64,000 nt of DNA from Lama glama (taxonomy: Eukaryota): NCBI GenBank assembly GCA_028534125.1, contig CM052839.1, positions 43,896,001 through 43,960,000 on the forward strand, in the 5' to 3' direction. Positions 59,784 through 64,000 of this stretch are shown here, in pieces; position 1 is the stretch's first letter; every line of letters starts with the position of its first letter. Made by a program: the position numbers and the translations under genes. The notes under the pieces were generated by a model. That model searched no databases. It worked only from the letters and a program-made list of their open reading frames with translations, and was not told the origin of the DNA.

Positions 59784-62700
59784 AAAGTGTCCATGAGCAA
59801 ACAGCATGCATGACATTTCATTTATGGGAAACTAAACATATTCATAATGGGAGATGGATGTGCAAACAAGGTTTCACCAAAAAGTTAGTGGCGGGTCTCC
59901 GGGTGGCAGGAACTTAGGTAAAAGGACGGATGTCATATCCTGCTCCTTGTGCAGGGAAAGCAGACTTCAGATGACGGTCTGATCCTCAAACAGACAGCGC
60001 CTGGGGCCGAATCAGGGTTATCTCTCTGTGCAGCCCTGCTACAGCCGGTCCTCCCCACAGCTCCTCCAGGCGTGTACTCTAAACGCACCTGCAGTCACCC
60101 ACAGCGCTCCTGGCTTGCGCCTCCCATCGGAGATTCTCTGGCTGTGTCCGTGGCTGTCGTTTATGCCATCCCATAGAGCACCTTTAAGATGGCTGGACCT
60201 GGCCTCGCTCCTTCCCTCCCTGCCTCTGCACCTGTCAGCCAGCCTTCCTGCCTTCCCAGGCAGGCACCCCACCCCCCACCCCGGGTAAAGGCAGCCTTGA
60301 GCCAGGGTGTGCACCTTGCAAACCTGCCTGCATCTCAACTGCTGCTCCACACGATGCAGAGCACTGCCGTCACAGACCGGGCAACAGCCCCAACGCCACC
60401 CGTGTTGCTCTGCTCCAGTCTAGAGTGATTCCAGAAAGGAAGGAGGGAGGGACAGGGGCTGTCCTGCGGGTGTACAGGAAGCCCATGAAGTCTTTGGCTC
60501 GAAGAGATGGCCGCATCTGAACTATGCGGAGCAGACTGCCTGGACGACGGCGGGGCATAAACACTTCCTCCAGGGAGGTGGCTCTGGCCCAGCTGTGGTT
60601 TCACCCCTGGACCAGAAAGCCTTTTCGGACCTCACCGCGCGTGGACTCTGAGAAGACACTGCCTCTCCTCCCGGTGGCCACGTTCTGCCTCCCTGTGACT
60701 CAGGAGGGTCTCCAGTCCTGCAGGGGCGGGCTCAGGGAGAGCCCGGCCCTCGTTTCAGGAGCGAGGAGGGTCAGGGAGCCGCTCCTGCACAGTCTGGGGC
60801 CCGGGAGTCCCAGCGGTCCACACACCCAGCTCTGCCCTCCCCTCCACCTCCAGGTCCCCACCTGTCTGCCTCCCACCTCTCCTGGAACTAGGGCTCTCCG
60901 CGGAGCCCCACCCCACCCCCCGTAGGCTTCATTTCCATGAAAAACAGAGAAATAAGAGGGACTCTGAGCAGTGGCTCTCTTTGGGGCACTGCTCTGCTTT
61001 TTCTCATGCCCAAGCCATTTCCTTCTGGCTCTGGGCATGCGGTCATGTGCTTCCTCTCAAGGGCGGGTTAGGGAGCAGGGCCAGCGAGCAGAGATGGGAC
61101 CCACTGCTCCTCCATCCCTGGCTTTCTCCAGGCGGCAGCCTCAGCTGGCGTTCTGGGGGCTGCGGGCTGGCCAGGAGCGAGGGGCCGGACAGCTGGGGAA
61201 CCGGCTGCCCCGCTCAGCAGGAGACGGTTGGGCTGAGTTTTCCTGGTTTCAGGTTCCCCTCCTTGGAAGCCAGAGGCAAGAGGCTCAGGTTTCCCGACCC
61301 GCCATCCTACTCTTCCTTTGGTGTTGGGAGTGACGGCCCACGGCCATGATGTCATCGCCTAATCCAAACAGAAGGGGGGCTGGTTTGGCCGCGCTGGCTG
61401 GCGTCCCATGCTGAGTGAGCAGTAAATTTCATTTCAAGGCTATGATTAGGACGGTGCCCAAGAATTTCCTCTCGCTCTCCTTTCTCTCCCCAGTCCTATT
61501 TTTCTTTCTGTGTTCCTGCCTTCTCGCCTCCTCCTGCTCTCCCCTTTGCCCCCCACCCCCCATCTCACTAGTCTGGGGATGCTTCAAGTTCCCAGTGAGG
61601 TCAGCTTGTGGGCAGCAGCTCCGAGCTCCTTCCATCCCAGTGCAGGTACTTGTCCCCTTCAGATTCCAACCTGCCTCCCTCCCTCCGGGACCAGCTTTGG
61701 AGCCCATGGAGTGCGTCCCAGCCCCTAGACGCCCTCCAGTGCAGTCGGAGTGAGGGCGAGGGGACAGAATTCCTAAAGGCCCTCGTTCACCCGGGAGCCA
61801 AGTTGCCAGACAAGACAGAGGGCAGGGTGTGGGTGGCTCTGGTCACCAGCAGACGTCAGAAGGCGACATACAGAGCTGGGGGAAAGGCAAGGAGAAGCCC
61901 GGCTCCCTGGAAAGTGATTCATCAGGTCCTCACCGCCCTTTCCAGCTGGTTTCTGGAGTTTGGGGTCTGGCTCGTTCGCTCTGTATTGGCACGCACACCC
62001 TCTCCTCAGCTAGGAGACGGCGGCCCAGCTGCACGGGGGAGAGGGGCCCAAAGGCCGTGGCTCGCTCCCTGGGACCCGCGTCTCTCTGGGCCTGCCCAGC
62101 CCCGGATAGAAGCGAGATCGCCTGCGCAGTCCTGCCCTGAGTCCCGCTGCTTCCCTCCCCCTTCCGCACAGCGCTGTGTCTGCCCCGGCGGTCCCTGGCC
62201 CTGGGAGAAGGCCAGCAGCTGCAGGGCCACGTTGCTCGGTTGCCCACCAGGAGAGCAGCGGGGTCTGGGTGGGCTGCGCCTCTTGGCACCCCAGCGTGCT
62301 GGCCTTCCTGCAGATGTGGAGGTACTCTGGGTCCCATATTCCCCATAGAGTGCCCCTCACCAGTCCCCCACCTGACACATCGCTCTCCACCTGCCCCACC
62401 AAGCCTGGAGGTGGCCTCAGATCCCGCCTCCCCATGCTAGCCCAAGGTGGCACGTGATTTTCCTCCCACGGGGTTGCCCAGCTGGGGTTGTGTGGAGAGC
62501 CGTCACCCTAGAGAGGGGCAAAGACGGAGGCGGCCCATTACCTGGACTCCCCAAACTCCTTGCGTTTTCTCTCACGAGTCGCTTGTCTTCACGCCTGCCT
62601 TCCCCATGACTAACTACTTCTTAAATTTATCGCTCATTCATTCATTCAATGCATTCATATTGGCTCCAACTGAGCACCAGGCACGTGCCGGTGCCGGGGG

Positions 62701-64000
62701 TATGGATGGACCAAAAGTGGCCTCTTCCTTACTACAGCATGACCCCCCCCTTTAGTGAAAATACAGACAGAGATGATGGCGAGGCATGTCGGGTGCTGGA
62801 CAGAGGCGCCAGGGCACCGGCTAGGTCCGGGTGGCCTGGGATACATGACACCTGACGGTCGGTCAGAGTTATTCGGATAAAGGCAGAGCCCTGCTCTAGG
62901 TGGAAGGACCGGCCGGCGTGAGGGCCTAGAGGCAGGAGAGTCCAGGAGGTCCAGGAGGGTCCTGCCGGCTGAGCGCAGAGTGGGGGCAGGGCCAGGCCGG
63001 CGACATGGCGGATCCGGAGGTGAGGGGTGGGAGCTGAGACAGGCAGCAGCTGTCAGTGGTGACTCACTGCTGAGCAGAATGATTGGAAACACATGTCCCG
63101 CCGAGGGGTGCATTCATTACTCAGAGCTGAGGTTCTTGGACCACATGGGAGTCAACAGGGAGACGGCGGGGAGGGAGCATGGTCTGCAGGGCCGGGGAGG
63201 GGCTCTGGGCTGTGGGCGCCCACCGTCTGCACCTTGACATCCTCTGCGGATGGCTTCTCAACTCTGGCCGAGTTCCTATGTGCTACGTTTAAAAGAAACT
63301 TTTCATTATGAAAACTTCCAAAGTAACCACAAGGACAGGGGACGGTGTAATGTTCGCCCGCGGGCCAATGCCCAGCTTGGAAACGATCAGCTCATCCAGT
63401 TTCGTTTCATCACCACGCGCCCCAGTGGATGATTTTGAAGCAGATCCCAGACGTCGTAGCTCCTCTGTAAACACGGGAAGAAGTTTTGTCGAAGGTCTAC
63501 CTTCTCTTCCTCTGCGTAGAGAAGCATGTTCACTGCATTTTATGAGGGTTTCTCACAAGACTTTTTTCTTCTCTTTGGGCAAAACCAGCTCCCCAGGATT
63601 GGACCCACCGGGTTGACCCCCTGTCACCAGCTGTATGACTTGTCCCTGATGGCACAATCTCTCTCATGGCTTCCTCGTTTGGAAGATAGGGTCCTACTCG
63701 TGGAACCATCCAGGGTGGCTCCTAGGTGCCAGCACATGGCAGGTCCCAGATGACATTGGCGACAAAAGGGCCAAGAAACGAAGCAGGTGGCACAGCTAGG
63801 AGGCTGCTGGGGCCAGGATTCAAACCCTAATCTGCCAGGCTCCAAATTTACCAGACCCCGGGCACCATGGACACGCCCAGTCAGCGCGCTTTGTGGGTGT
63901 CACCGAACCGTGGTTGCCCAGTGACTTCTGGTCATGCTCTGGAAGGTCCTTCTGCCCTGAAAGCCCGCCCCTCGGACACCAGGGCTGGTGAAGGTGCCCG

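Noticed and set aside
56300-64000. Next syntenic gene (LGALS3BP expected further on)
   Set aside because: No recognisable SRCR/BTB/BACK coding exon in this stretch.

Overview
Mammalian genomic DNA, not prokaryotic. It is GC-rich and intron-containing, with MIR/L1/L2/L3/MLT1/MER repeats. tRNA-Ala-derived SINEs of the vic-1 type suggest a camelid. The gene order matches human 17q25.3, all on the minus strand: (1) the 5' part of USP36, with a CpG-island promoter at ~5.6-6.6 kb and two coding exons including the catalytic Cys box; (2) the complete TIMP2 gene, with 5 coding exons of 130+101+109+125+198 nt = 220 aa, a CpG-island promoter at ~55.2-56.0 kb, and proximal and distal poly(A) signals; (3) the nested same-strand gene CEP295NL (DDC8/KIAA1731NL) in TIMP2 intron 1. 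I see no wholly new gene system. The best leads are a 1-nt frameshift that displaces the conserved CEP295NL C-terminus; an L3/CR1-derived, uORF-bearing CEP295NL 5' exon that could also feed a signal-peptide-less TIMP2; a 12-nt in-frame microexon candidate in TIMP2 intron 1; a minisatellite built from a USP36 exon/donor junction; exon-like units between TIMP2 and USP36; and a convergent CTCF motif pair. Orthologue comparisons and repeat family names come from recall, not from searches run here.
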